Part shown: piece by piece, positions 26,740-39,222 of the stretch | Position numbering within the stretch: the stretch's first letter is position 1 | Layout: each line of letters opens with the position of its first letter | Source: Eledone cirrhosa | Lineage: Eukaryota | Direction of reading: 5' to 3' | Length of the DNA: 64,000 nucleotides | Assembly: GCA_964016885.1 (NCBI GenBank) | Contig: OZ024744.1 | Span: forward strand, 74,462,001-74,526,000 | The notes under the pieces: generated by a model | What the model was told of the DNA's origin: nothing | Seen by the model: only the letters and a program-made list of their open reading frames with translations | The model's database searches: none | Position numbers and translations under genes: made by a program

Positions 26740-29047
26740 CTCCTCAAATTCCAACCCCTCCTCAACGTGGCAGGGCGGTGGCAACGGGTAGTGTCAGAGC
26801 TATGCCGTCGAGAACTTCGGTTCCTGGTAGGGCCACCCAAGGTGGATTGGTCTGGCACCCAGCGGTATTAGGGCCGCAACCCGGCAAAAGAGACTCTGGT
26901 GAAAATCCAAGAGGTGTCTGCTCCGGTAACCGGCGGCTGTGGAGAATCTGCGGCAATCAGGACGTTTTTTCGCCTCATTCGGGATATACAAGCGGGTTTT
27001 TTGGGGACCGCTTGTGAATTCACTACTCCCATGACATTTCTTCCATGAATCCTAGGTCAGATCTCGGTGGGCCAGCTCAGAGATGGACTCGCGTGCGTAT
27101 CGGGGTCTGATACGGGCAGTGAGCATGGGTCAGACCATACTCTTGTTCGAGCAACACTTCGTCTGCGGCTGCAAGCGAAACCTCTTCCCAACCGCCAGAA
27201 AAGGATCGACATCTCGCGACTCAAGCTCAATGCTGGAAATGCTTTCCGGCTAGAGCTGCGAAACCGATTCCAAATGCTGAGTAACGAAGTGGAACAGCAA
27301 CCGGAGCAGGAGTGGAACGCGCTCGAGGCGGCGACGGTTGAGGTGGCCAGGGAGCATCTCGGGTCGACCCGAAGACGCCATCGGGACTGGATCTTTAGCG
27401 GCACTCTTGATCGCGCGGAGAGGGCGAGAGTGGCCCGACTCGAGGGTGCACCGAATCTTCGAGATCTCCGACGTCGCACATCTCGGGCTATTCAGGCCGA
27501 TCGGAATGCACACTGGTGCGAGTTTGCGGAGCAGACGGAAAGGGCAGCAGCCTGTGGTGACTCGCGCAAGCTCTACCAACTGGTGAAGCGGGCCAGCCGA
27601 AGCAGTACGGTTATCAGCGAGATGATCCGTGATCGGAACGGGGCGGTCATTTCCAATCTTAATGACCGGCTAGTCCGATGGCAGGACCATTTCTCCGAGC
27701 TGCTCAACAACCCGTTACCATCTACGCCAACCTACGTGCAGCCTTCTGGAGAAGAATACGGGTGCAGCACTGTCTCTCCAACGGTCGAGGAGGTACGTGG
27801 TGTCCTTACACATCTCCTGAACAACAAGGCGCCGGGCGAGGATGGCGTTCCAGCTGAGGTCTACAAGGCCGAGCCTGATGTTTTCGCAGCTTGGCTCCAT
27901 CGAGTCTTCTCCTAGTGACTGGAGCGAAGCGACTCTCCTACCCTTCTTCAAAAAAGGCAACAGGAAACTGTGTACCAACTACAGGGGTATCAGTTTAATT
28001 GACGTTTCTGCCAAGACCTTCGCAATTCTTCTGCTAAAGAGGTTCCAGGCCGTCCTTCTCAGGGCGGCTTCCGTCTGGGGAGGGGGTGCGTTAATCATAT
28101 CTTCATTCTCCAGCGTGTCCTGGAACAGCCTACCATCCTCTGCATCATCGACTTTACCTTCGACTCGGTATATTGGGAAGCCCTATGGCGTATAATGCAG
28201 GCGGACGGCATCCCAGTGAAGCTGCTTCGTCTCATACAGGGCTACTACCGATCGACTCGGGCTCGAGTGAGGGTCTATGGTGTGGAGACGGAGTCGTTCG
28301 ATGTTGGGACCGGTGTTCGGCAGGGGTGTGCGCTATCGCCAACTCTCTTTAACTACGCCATTGCCTACACTCTCAACACAGCGCTCCGGGATTACCCGAG
28401 TGTAGAGGTCGGGAGAGGGGTCGTGGTGACGGCCCTAGCCTATGCGGATGATATCGTGTTGATGGGCGCTAACGGGACAGATCTAGAGGGTGCTCTCGAA
28501 AGGGTGCACACTGCAGCCGCCGCTGTTGGTCTACGAATCAATGCCGCCAAGTCGAAGGTCATGACGTCACTGGTCTCGCCTGATGCCTGGCAGCCAATAT
28601 CTCTCGAGGGCGTGGACCTGGGGGATGTTGATTCCTTCGTTTACCTGGGCTCAACAGTGGTTCCAACGGGACAGGGCGCAGCCGAAGCCAAGCGCCGCAT
28701 AGGTGCTGCCAGATCTGCTTTTGGGCGCCTACAGCGGTGTTTGTGGGACAGAAGAGAGATCACCTCGGCGACCAAAGGGCGAATCTACCAGGCCGTCGTT
28801 CGAAATATCCTCCTCTATCCTCCCACCTCCACTCCCTAACTGGCACAAGCGCGTTGGCGGGCAGCTGAAGACCTGGGCAACGACGATTAAGGCTTGCGCC
28901 GATGGAACCGTGACTGGCTCGCTATCTCTAGTGACCTAGCCCGGGACAGTTGTGCGTGGGCTGCCAGCCATGGTTAGGGATGCCATCAGGACAAGGGAAG
29001 AAGCCGGCTCAACCAGTCCAGCGTGAATGTCGACACAAGTACAAGTA
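26740..29047 (+). mobile_element. RTE-clade retrotransposon, internally deleted, with 13-bp target site duplication
   Basis: CAAGGAGGATGTC at 26727-26739 and 29048-29060; (CAAGTA)n tail; APE end (GSDHTLV) and RT motifs. Confidence 0.92.
27067..28940 (+). pseudogene. RTE endonuclease-end/reverse transcriptase, frameshifted
   Basis: NNKAPGEDG, NYRGISL, GVRQGCALSP.LFN, LAYADD, GLRINAAKSKVM, FVYLGS, GGQLKTW. Confidence 0.92.
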
Positions 29048-29060
29048 CAAGGAGGATGTC

Positions 29061-29340
29061 GTTTCCCTCGAAAAGAAAGCCCACAAAAGGCCACGGTACT
29101 TGGACGCTACGTCAAGTGCACTCTTTCAGATGTTCTCCAATTTACAGGCTCATTCTCAGAGCAAGCCTATTTACTCGGACAATGCTCACCCTTCTCACCT
29201 ACCTTTCAACAAACTGGTTGTAAAGCAACACTTCCCTCTTTACCCTGATTTTCCTCATCATCTGAAACCTGAAAAAGATAATCAAGACTTCACCAAAGCG
29301 GAAAGGGCTTAACCTCTACCTATACAGACGCGTTCACCTC
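29061..29340 (-). mobile_element. Tx1-type ORF2 3' end/3'UTR fragment
   Basis: Reverse complement FRFQMMRKIRVKREVL...FVER*V...IVRVNR..L.MSL*, homologous to the other Tx1 C-termini. Confidence 0.7.
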
Positions 29341-30340
29341 ATAACTTCTTTCATCATGACCACAAGAAAGATAAACAATTCCAGCCCCTCTCGGCTAAAG
29401 GGAGGCTGTGTGGAGATATTCAGGACGTTCTCAACTGATTCCTTAGCTACCCTCTCTATGATAGTTGAATTAGGTTGAGGTTGTCGTGGATGGATGTGTT
29501 CGGAATGGTGCTTGTATGCGCCTCTCCTACCAGACCACCGATGATAAGCACCAACCTTGTCACTAACACCTTGGACAACATTTTAAATTCTACATTTAAC
29601 AGAATTATTTTCCTGATATTATCTTTATAGACACCTTGTTCGGGTCTTTGCTCAATAGCTCTACAACTCCGCGACTCACAGAACTGAGAATTCCCTTATT
29701 TTTCTGTTTGTTGCAGTAGACACCTGCTAAGAGGTCACCGAACTAGTTTAGTACGTAAGCGTAAAACTCGTCTGAAAGACAATCCAAACAAGGTGGTTTA
29801 CTCCTCGTACAGTTAGCCATCGTCTTCCGTATCTCAACAATTGTTATTGGCTTTTCGTAAAATTCTGCCTCTGTGGTCGAGAGCCGTGGCATATCCTCGA
29901 CGTAGACATTGATGTCCACCCGCTATCAGGACCACCACTTCTTCCGAACAGTTCAGTGAAGTGTTACTGAAAAGACGCACACATCCACCAAAAAAATGGA
30001 TTGTGGCTTTTTTGTCAAGCGTGCCTCCATCATATCTAAGAGCAAGCGTCCTAGCTTTCACAACACAGCTTCCGTGCTTCACGTTGAGGAATTTGTCGAG
30101 AGACCCTTTTTTTTCTTTTTTATGTTTGTTCTTCTGGCAGACGACTTGTCACTTGTTATCCTCATTACAATCATGTCCACAAGTGTGACGCCAGGGAGAG
30201 ACATATCTTCCACAGGCGTTGGTGTTGTTGTTGGTGGTGGTAGTGCATTTGCTCTGCTGTTGCTGGTGTCGTTATTGGTAATGTAAAAGCCAATGACATT
30301 ACTAAAACACGTAAGCTGCTAAACAGTGTAGCATTATTAG

Positions 30341-30525
30341 TTGGATTGGCAGTATTGGTAGAGGGTCGGACGCCATGCTTTGACGTATAGAGTTACGGCC
30401 CTTGCAATTTTGAGTTCAAATCCCGCCGAGGTTAATTTGTCTTTCATCCTTACGGGGTCGATAAAATAAAGTACCAGTAATACACTGGGTAATTGCTGGC
30501 CTTGTGCCTAACGTAGAAACAATTA
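30341..30525 (+). mobile_element. OK-like SINE
   Basis: Full head, core and tail as at 2714-2900. Confidence 0.9.
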
Positions 30526-30529
30526 TTAG

Positions 30530-31185
30530 TTGCCAAGAGACTGGGAGTTAAAGCCAGAAAAAAGGGCAAGGAGGGAAAAATAGAAGCTCTATTCTGGAAA
30601 CTTAGAATTGAAAGAGACATCATTGACTGGAGAAAACATCTTAGTATCATGGAAGGATTTAAAAAGGAAAATCATAAGCTGACCTCTAAGGAAATAATGA
30701 CATTAAGCCAAAAAATATGATCTTTAAGCTGTAGACTATATTGGTGTGATCAATCTTCATATGACGAAAATACTATGTGACAGTCTGAAGATTCGGAATT
30801 TTGAAAAATCAACAACAGTAATTTTATCAAAATAAACATTTTCTATCAAACCCTTCTAAGTTTTATAAGGAACTCAATAGCAAATACAACACGGAGATTG
30901 CGCTTCCTGATCTAGTTGAGGCAACTGAATTTTGGAACATTATCTGGGTATGCTTTCTTTTCATAATAATGAGACGGTGTGACAACTAAACCAGAATGTG
31001 AAACAAATAACATCAGCATTTACTCCAGTGATGTCAAACAGCTTGTTACAAGAATGTCTTGTTGGAAGGCACCTGGCCATCACAGCCTCTAAGGATTCTG
31101 GTACAAGAAAATTAGTAACCTGCATTATAGGATAACCGAGCACTTGAACAAGTGCTTGAAGCTAAAAGTCCCAAATTGTCATGGA
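30530..31185 (+). mobile_element. R4/Dong-type pre-RT fragment, degenerate
   Basis: WKLRIERDI...YKELN...P....TEFW.IIW...WKAPG...GFWYKK...LH.RI..HLN.CL. Confidence 0.7.
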
Positions 31186-31269
31186 CGGGATGGGGTCATC
31201 GGTGGTAAGCCACAATGATAGACATCTCTTAACCTTGATTATATTTTATTTCATGTTCAAACAACACCC

Positions 31270-32238
31270 TGATTTTATAATTTTCATTATCAATGTCGAA
31301 CCTCTGAACTCTCACCACCGGTTCAGCTGGATGAGATGGCATGGTGTCTCGAACTTCCTCGACTCCAATGATGTTTTATTTAATAGAAAGTTCTTCAGAG
31401 TCGTCAAACGAGTGCCCCTCTTCCAGACCTTCTTTGTTCACAACATTATTCAAAGCATCAGTGCCTGCTTTTTTGTGGAATATACGACGAATCTTTACTA
31501 GTTCTACTTTGGAAATCACATTCTTGGTCCTTATGTTAACATGGACAGCCAGCCTCTGAGAAAAAAATTCTCTCATCCCTCTTTCCATCCACAATTTGTG
31601 CATCCTTTTCATGGATCCTTTCCCCGATAACATTCTCATAATACCTTATTCCTAACTTGAGTTCTACATCGTCTGTTTGGCATCTTCTTTACTCCACTAC
31701 CAGGAGTGATGCCCTGTACTCCTGAAACGGGGGTGGGTGGGAGCTGGGACTGCTTAGCATTTTCCTGCACCACAAACACCAGTTTGCAATTAATCATGTC
31801 TCTCAATATTTTTGAAATGCGGAAAAGGGTATTTTCCCATGTGCCTAGAGAGTTTAGGCAATTTGTCATGTTCTGGTGTTTTGAATGGGACACCATCCCT
31901 GAGATAGTAGCTTGGGAACTTCTGAAGAATGTCCTATATGAGACAGGTAGCCTCACTACAGTAATTTGTGTGTGTGACCGACACTCTAGAGGGCTGCCTT
32001 ACCAGGTTATTGGACCCTCCTGTCTAGGCTATTTCACCCATAGTTGGGTGCACGTCTGTTGACTCTAAAGAAATCAACCGAGCTTTAATAGCTCTTGTTT
32101 TTGTGATGCTGGTGTTCACTTACCCTCTTCATCAGACCAAGATCTGGTGGGGAATCGGTTTAGTCGGCGACAATCCGACCATAAAGCAGGTTGTACTAGA
32201 TTATATGATATCAGTAGCAGACAGAAGCCTGACCTGAC
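31270..32238 (-). mobile_element. R4/Dong-type 5'UTR and N-terminal region, degenerate
   Basis: G.MKRMHKLW.ERG....QRLA.HV.I..KN.ISKVEL..IRR motif typical of R4-clade N-termini. Confidence 0.65.
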
Positions 32239-32244
32239 ATAAAA

Positions 32245-32435
32245 TAATTGTTTCTACTTTAGGCACAAGGCCAGCAAATACCCAGTGCATTACTGGTACT
32301 TTATTTTATCGACCCCGTAAGGATGAAAGGCAAAGCTAACCTCGGTGAGATTTGAATTCGGAATTTAAAGAGCCGTAACTCTATGCCGCAAACCATGTTG
32401 TCCGACGATCTACCAACAATGCCAATCCACCACCC
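32245..32435 (-). mobile_element. OK-like SINE
   Basis: Reverse complement of head, core and tail. Confidence 0.9.
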
Positions 32436-33149
32436 TTGACACGCACACACACACACAAACACACACATACACACACACACTTACACACACAATAATAATA
32501 CAATAAAAAATATAAGTTAAACTGTACAAACAAATCAAACTTCAAGACACCCAAAGAACACTGACCAATAAAAATAAAATATAAATAAAAGGGAACATGT
32601 GATAAATTTATGTATATAGAATTCTAACGTTAAAAATTAACTAAAGAAGTAAATAATTAAAGAATAAAAAATGATACATCTTCTTTTCTTGTTTAGAGAA
32701 GTAAGAGGCATCTTTACGGACGAAATTGTTGATAATAAAATCCTCATCTGAATAATCGTAGGGTGGTACATGTAGGTGAAAAGCAGCTGAACGAATGAAA
32801 GACACTACGAAAATTTAGTCCATCATATTTTTGATAATTATTTAAAATGTATATATAAAGTACTAGCAAAAAAGTTTAGTAACAAACTGAAAATATACGA
32901 AACAACACTTGGCTATCTCTCTTCATGGAAACACTATCTTAATGCACACTAAACTAAACAGATTTATCCAGACGCTAAACTCCGCAAGTTTTTTCTCCAC
33001 AAAATTCGATCACCAACAGCAGAGTTTAAAGAGCAAAGATCAAATCCAGTCCATGAGTTCACATGATCAAGCCATCGTTTTGGCTGCCGACCTCAGCTAC
33101 TGTTACCAGCCAACTTTCCTTCCAGGCATAACTTACTCACACCACGAGT

Positions 33150-33405
33150 TGAGCTTATAGTTTAAGCACTCTTAACCTGACAACTGATGTAATTGGTCTA
33201 AGCCTGGTGATGTTGAGAAGCTCACTGATACAGATGCGGTCACTGAGCCGCTTGCCAGTCATAAGTCTCATGATATAGTTCTGGAATGTAGAGAGCTTCT
33301 GAAGTGACCTTGTCGTCCAATTAATGCACTATACATATAGCATACCTTAAAATGTATGCAATCAAAACTTGCCAGGACGTAGCTTGCAAACCTTATCTGC
33401 AATAG
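33150..33405 (-). mobile_element. RTE-like C-terminal fragment
   Basis: QKLSTFQNYIMRLMTGKRLSDRICISELL on the minus strand. Confidence 0.5.
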
Positions 33406-33424
33406 CAATGCAGTGATTAAATGA

Positions 33425-33645
33425 TTCTTTCTAACATTGACTCAAGGTCAACAATTTGAAGGAAGGAAAAAGCTGATTATATCGGCCCCAGTGCTTGACC
33501 GGTACTTTATTTCATTGATACCTGAAGAGATTAAATACAAGGTTGACCTCTGCAGGATCTGATCTCAATACGTAAAGAACCGTGACTAAATGCCGTATTT
33601 TATTTTGTTTGACGCACTCACGATTCTGCTAATTCTACCGCCCCG
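33425..33645 (-). mobile_element. Diverged OK-like SINE
   Basis: GGTACTTTATTT...AAGGTTGACCTC...ATCTGA.CTCA core remnants. Confidence 0.6.
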
Positions 33646-33689
33646 ATAAGCAGCAATAATAAGCAAATACAATAAATATAACTGTTTGC

Positions 33690-34040
33690 AGATACAAACC
33701 TATTAGCGCTCCTCTTTATTAAAAGAGGAATATTCCCAGAAGTTTCAATGTCTCCACTCCTTTTATGACAAGACTTTTAGCCGACATGTTTTGCGAATTT
33801 AAATTTAGATACATATGCTATGCGAGGACAATCTACCATCTTTTGTAAGCAGATGATTACAATTTCTTCCCTGCAGGTGATAAACGACTAGAAACACTGC
33901 TGCAGAGAATGCACATGTTACATAAAGAAACACCGATAACAAAATCACATTAAACTCAGATGTACAAATATTTAGGATTTCACGATCTAAATAGAATACA
34001 ACACAAATGATAGAAAATTTTAAGCAAGGAATCTTATAGA
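33690..34040 (+). mobile_element. Highly decayed R4-type RT fragment
   Basis: IKRGIF...MSPLL, ADD and YKYLG remnants. Confidence 0.45.
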
Positions 34041-34071
34041 GGAATTATAGTAGTGCATAAAACGAAATGGT

Positions 34072-34368
34072 GAAGGCGCATGACTCAGTGGTTACAGCAT
34101 TATGCTTGCAATCGAAAGGTTGTGAGTTCAATTCTCGGACCGGTGATGTGTCGTTTCCTTGAGCAAGACACTTTATTTTACATTGCTCCAGTTTACTCAG
34201 CTGAAAATGAGTACCAGCAATAGCTGGAGGTTTAACCCTGCGATGGACTGGCGTCCTGTCCAGGGGGGAGTCTCGTACTCTCAGTCGCTTCACGTCATGA
34301 AAGCTGGATAAGCACCGGCCAAATGAGCCTTCTGTCTTAAGACAGACTTTAGACTTTTAGACTTTAGA
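34072..34368 (+). mobile_element. tRNA-derived CORE-type SINE
   Basis: TGACTCAGTGGTTA A box, GAGTTCAATTC B box, CCTTGAGCAAGACACTT core, (AGACTTT)n tail; near-identical body to 5201-5482. Confidence 0.9.
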
Positions 34369-34529
34369 TAAAACAAAATGACCTGCTTTTCTAGTAAAAT
34401 AAATTGTTATAGTTATAATATTTTCCATTGGATTGTAAGTGAATAGCAAGACTAGACTGAAAAGCAAGGAAAATAATGATTGCATTGTGAATCCACCATC
34501 CCAAAGCATCAACATTATCCAGTAAAGAA

Positions 34530-34818
34530 TAATTATTTCTACTTTTGGCACAAGGCCTGCACAGTATCCCAGTGCATTATTGGTACTTTATTTTATCGAC
34601 CCCGTAAGGATGAAAGGCAAAGTTAACCTCGGCGGGACTTGAACTCAGAACGTAAAGGTGTCATAACTCTATGCTACATAGCATGGTGTCTGACGCTACT
34701 CAGTAAAGAATATTTGTTTCTACTTTAGGCACAAGGCCAGCAAATTACCCAGTGTATTACTGGTACTTTATTTTATCGACCCCGTAAGGATGAAAGGCAA
34801 AGTTAACCCCGGCGGGAA
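34530..34818 (-). mobile_element. Two tandem OK-like SINEs (34530-34700, 34712-34818)
   Basis: Two successive reverse-complement cores. Confidence 0.9.
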
Positions 34819-35607
34819 GAATAATGGAAAGCTAACATACTTAGCTAAAATGCCTGAATGAATAAAAAATGCCAACCAATATAAAACTAGGGTTGATATA
34901 ATATTTAGGTGCGAGAATAAAATAAAATAACACAATGATTATGAAAAACACAACAAAAACATTAAACTAAAAAGTAAGACATAAAAAGCATCCGTTAGAT
35001 TTACTATAAAACGCTATAGAGTATATACATCAGTAGATTATAAGAGTAGATAGTTAATCGATTAAAAGTAGCGCATAACAAAATATCACACTCGTCATGT
35101 AAGAATAGACATTGATGCAAAAGAGAAATGCTCTGATTTTGTGCTAGAGTGTGGTGGTTGAAATATTGAGAACTAATGAAATGGGAATGGGGAAAAATCA
35201 CCGGGAGTGGATGTTCTCACTTAAGAAATTTACTATTACATGCCAGTATTGTTCACTAATATTTAGGCAGTTGTGCACTGCAATTAGCTATGTGGTAGGA
35301 ACATTCATATACATGTCAGATGACGGATGCGGATGCAAATATAAACAACAATAACAACCACATAATCAAAAACAGCCTCTCAGCTACACTGGGCCCCGAA
35401 AGCAAAGCAGAGAGTTGGTCGAATACGAAGAATAACGACATTGCATAATGTTCCAATGGGAGAACATGAAGAATTTGTTTGGGATAGTGTGAGTGACATA
35501 AATCTTGTAAGGATCACACAAGGACTGCATGAATGCAAACGCGACGTGAAACTTCTCTGTAAAATGCACAGGTGAATATCGTTTCAGTATACTTTCTGTA
35601 ACGCCCC

Positions 35608-35638
<31 letters not shown>

Positions 35639-35764
35639 GAGAGAGCAAGTAAAAAAAACGGATAGCGTTTTTTTGTTTTAAATTCTAATGCGCTTCCGTT
35701 TATCTAAATAATTAAGTAACTTGTACAAAGAATTGGAATTGATGAGTTAATATCTGAACACAAC

Positions 35765-37289
35765 TACAACGGAACGCGATGGGGCCCACCCACAGCCCCG
35801 GCGGACAGAATGGAGAAGGCGTTTCCCCGGAGGACGGCAAGGGAGACGCGCTGGAAAAGCCACTCCAACTCGCGGGGCTCACACCTGCGGCTGGCCAGCT
35901 CAGCGCCTATGGTGGTGAGTAAGAAGGTAGCCCTGGGGCCGAGGACACCAGAAGTCTCCACTGCAAGAGGTACGACCACAAATCCGTCGGAGAGCGACCG
36001 GTATTTGAGGAGTTTGGCCCCCTCAGCCCGACGTGCAGCAGAACCTGGGTCATTCAGACTGTACCATGTTGCGGCTGCAGAAAGTGTCGGTGCAAGTGGC
36101 TTCCCAGACGAGGGGTTTTCCACCGCGGAACGGGAAGATGGTCATGCCATCTGACTTTTTGCCGTCCCCTCGATCAGCCCCACAGGCTCGAGCTGGGAAA
36201 GGAAGCCTGTAGCATCCAAGCCATGCTTAATGACCTCGTTGAGGGCAGCATTGCGTGGAATGCGGCCGGCACTGTGGCGACAGGAAAACGGGTGGAGGCC
36301 GAAAGTCTCCACGGTGGAACCGCAGCGACATTTGTGTGGCTGGCAGATCCGGAGGCCGAGCCTCAGGGAAACGCCTATTCGCAGGCCATGGTTGTCTAGC
36401 TGGGGGCCAGTGGGGAAAGAGGGCAGGCATGGAGCCAGGCACCACTGTGGGGTGTGGATGCCGCACGAAAACAAGCAAGGCGGTGCTGGTCGAGCTTGCA
36501 TGTGAGCCTGTCTGAGGCCAGGCTGCACTGGATGGCATCCCAAATGCGTGGGGGGAACTTGACGTCAACAGGGGGAGAAGGAGGAGGGACGTCTACTGGG
36601 CTAAGTCCCAGCCGGTCCCACGTCTCACAGGCGGCCTCACGTTCTCTGAACACAGAGGGTTCTGTTGTGTTTTGAAGAACCCTGCTGACGAGGATGCGGC
36701 ACGAGGTTACCGACGAAATATACGCCGGCAAAGCTAGTGAGATCGGGGATCGGAGGCCTAGGCCGCCATACCTGAGAGGTAAGGCGGCCTGTTGCCACCC
36801 TATGTCGTCAAACTTGACGTTGCTTATCCACTCGGCTGCTGCTCGGATACAAGTATCGAGGTCAGCGATGAGAGATGTCTGGGTGAAGCATGTAGCGCTG
36901 CGGAGTGTATAGAGGAGCTACGGCATGGCGAACCAGTTCCTCGGCAGAAAGAGAGCCGGGTGGCCGTCTATCAAGCCTTGCCGAAGCCTGGACCTGATGG
37001 TGGAGCGGATGGCCGGCGGGTGGATAGGTGACCCGGGGATGAGGACATCCTCTTTGGGAGTCCCCTGAACCTGACGGAGAATGGACGGCACGTCCAAGAC
37101 AGAGGCTGCAAAGCTCGCAGCATCGAGGCTGACGTTCACCAGGGTAGGAACCACCGATTGAAGGTCATGGCAGACCGTCCGTACGGGCCCGCCCAACGTA
37201 GCATCATCTAGATACCAAACGTTGAGAGGGGCCGTGATACTCCCGGCGATGTGGTCAATACCAAGGGCCAACAGGAGGGGTCCAATGAG
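35765..37289 (-). mobile_element. CRE-type non-LTR retrotransposon, 5'-truncated and frameshifted (RT + zinc finger + RLE)
   Basis: GPLLLALGI...NVWYLDDATLGGP; PHSGAWLHA.P; LRLG..ICQPHKCRCG....GLH.FSC; PLAVETSGVLGP...LFQRVSLAVLRGNA. Confidence 0.88.
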
Positions 37290-37834
37290 TTATAGGGGTA
37301 TGTGGCTTGTGGATAGTTTGAAAGAAAAATCATATACTGAAAGGTCTCAGATCACTGCGTATAGCTCTATTAGCAATTTGGCAGATCGGAGCAAGTGATG
37401 TACACACATCTTCATGCGAATGAACGAAAATGGGTTTACGCCACGTTCGGTTGTTCCGAATCGAGAACGAATTCATTGTTACTTCTTAAGGACATAACTT
37501 TCAACAAAGGTCTATCTTTTTTTTAACCATAAACTAGTTCCAGGACTTTAGAACGTGAATAACAACGAATACAATCCAGTAAAATATTCATGCTCTTCGA
37601 TACAGTAGATGAAAGATTATTCTTATTAGGTTCAATGGAGTGACATTAATATAGCGAAGAAAATGATGTGTAAAAACATCGCTAACCAACTCAAGTAACT
37701 CTAAAAGGTTAACAGGTAACAGCTACATTTCCTGAGCAGACCAATGTGGAAATGCAAACTGGATAGCGTAGCTCAGCCATTTTTTCCGGATAATTAGTTA
37801 ATTACAGAGTGGTGTTTCTGTATGATCTTCATGA

Positions 37835-38205
37835 TCAATATTCCTTCCTTCTCATCCTATCCTCATATCTGAAGGTCACGGGTCATGTACTTATGGACCA
37901 GCACTCTCTATCTTTTCCTGTCTCTTGCCATTGTCGTACATTCCGCCAAACTCCTTCCTGTCCATTCCTTAAAATTATCTATCCATCTCCTTTTCTGCTG
38001 TTCACTGGCCCTTTTCCCTTGCATTCGTCCCACAAGGATGCGGGTATTCAAACTTTAGGCCCTGATGGCATGACCACAATAATGAAGTTTCATTTTCCTT
38101 ACTGTTTCAACCACCTGTCGATTGGCCCCAATCTCTTCCAGGACAGATTAATTTGTTCTGTGAGCTACCCAGCTAATTCTAAGTGCACGCCTATAGCATG
38201 ACATT
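37835..38205 (-). mobile_element. RTE-like 3' fragment
   Basis: KLHYCGHAIRA..LN.RIL.GRMQGKR....KRRWIDN.KEWTG.SL.EC..MARDR. Confidence 0.7.
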
Positions 38206-38217
38206 TTAAATATAATA

Positions 38218-38392
38218 ATTGTTCCTACTTTTGGCACAAGGCCAACAATAATCCCAGTACATTACTGGCACTTTATTTTATCGACCCCGTAAGGATGAAA
38301 GACAAAGTTCACCTCAAACCGTAAAGGGGCGTAAGTCTATGCTGCAAAGATTGACGTCCGACCCTCTACCGATTCTACCAATCTACTGTCCT
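38218..38392 (-). mobile_element. OK-like SINE with small internal deletion
   Basis: Reverse-complement core and tail. Confidence 0.85.
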
Positions 38393-39156
38393 TCAAATAT
38401 AATAATGATCAATATAAAGTGTCACAAATATTTGGATGCGGTGAATAGGGGCGGCTGACCATAATCTATAGCTAGGAATAAGAAAACCAGCAATAAATTG
38501 GATGAGTAACTGGTAAATAACTTAAAGATTATCAACGGACAACATTTGACGTGATAGCAGCGAAATATGTTTCGAATATTTTTCCTCATACGACATGACG
38601 GTTAATTTGTCTAACCAGCGAACGAAGCTACCCGACACTAGAGAGGCAGAGGTGTAACATGGAAAGAAACACCAACGTTTTCAAGGAAACACAATGGGCT
38701 GATAATATCCAGTTTTAAGTAGATCGATGAAGTTTTCACTAATACTTTACCTCAGTTGTAAGAGTGGGCGGGAGAGGATGAATTTTAATGTCTATTTCCA
38801 TGGTCTGTCACAACACTAGCAAGTATATGCAAATTATTGTGCAAAGCCGCCATTGACAACACACAAATTACGAAAATCATCGATTGTTTAGGAGTTGAGG
38901 AAATGATTGGGCTTGCATAGACTTCACTGCGATATTTACTTGTTTGTTAGACCTGTTCACACCTGTTTTGGCAGACGTATATCATAACTAGCAGCAAACT
39001 GTAAGAATTCCCTGTCATTTACTCTGATGACTAATAGTACGAACGTAAAGGGAAAGTGAACATATTATTGCAGTTGTTTTCCTCTTAAGCTCCTGCGGTG
39101 GTTATTATTTGTGTTGTGGGTTAATTATTTACAAACTGGTGCACAGATAAATCATT

Positions 39157-39222
<66 letters not shown>

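Noticed and set aside
29800-30290. Possible additional Tx1 ORF1 remnant on the minus strand
   Set aside because: Only vague compositional similarity; no diagnostic motif recognised.
32110-32150. CTGATGA on the minus strand in the R4-type 5'UTR as a hammerhead
   Set aside because: Could not find a stem II plus GAAA at suitable spacing.
39015-39056. CTGATGA-ctaatagtac-GAAcgTA hammerhead-like string
   Set aside because: GAAA box incomplete and helix I poorly paired; at best a decayed relic.
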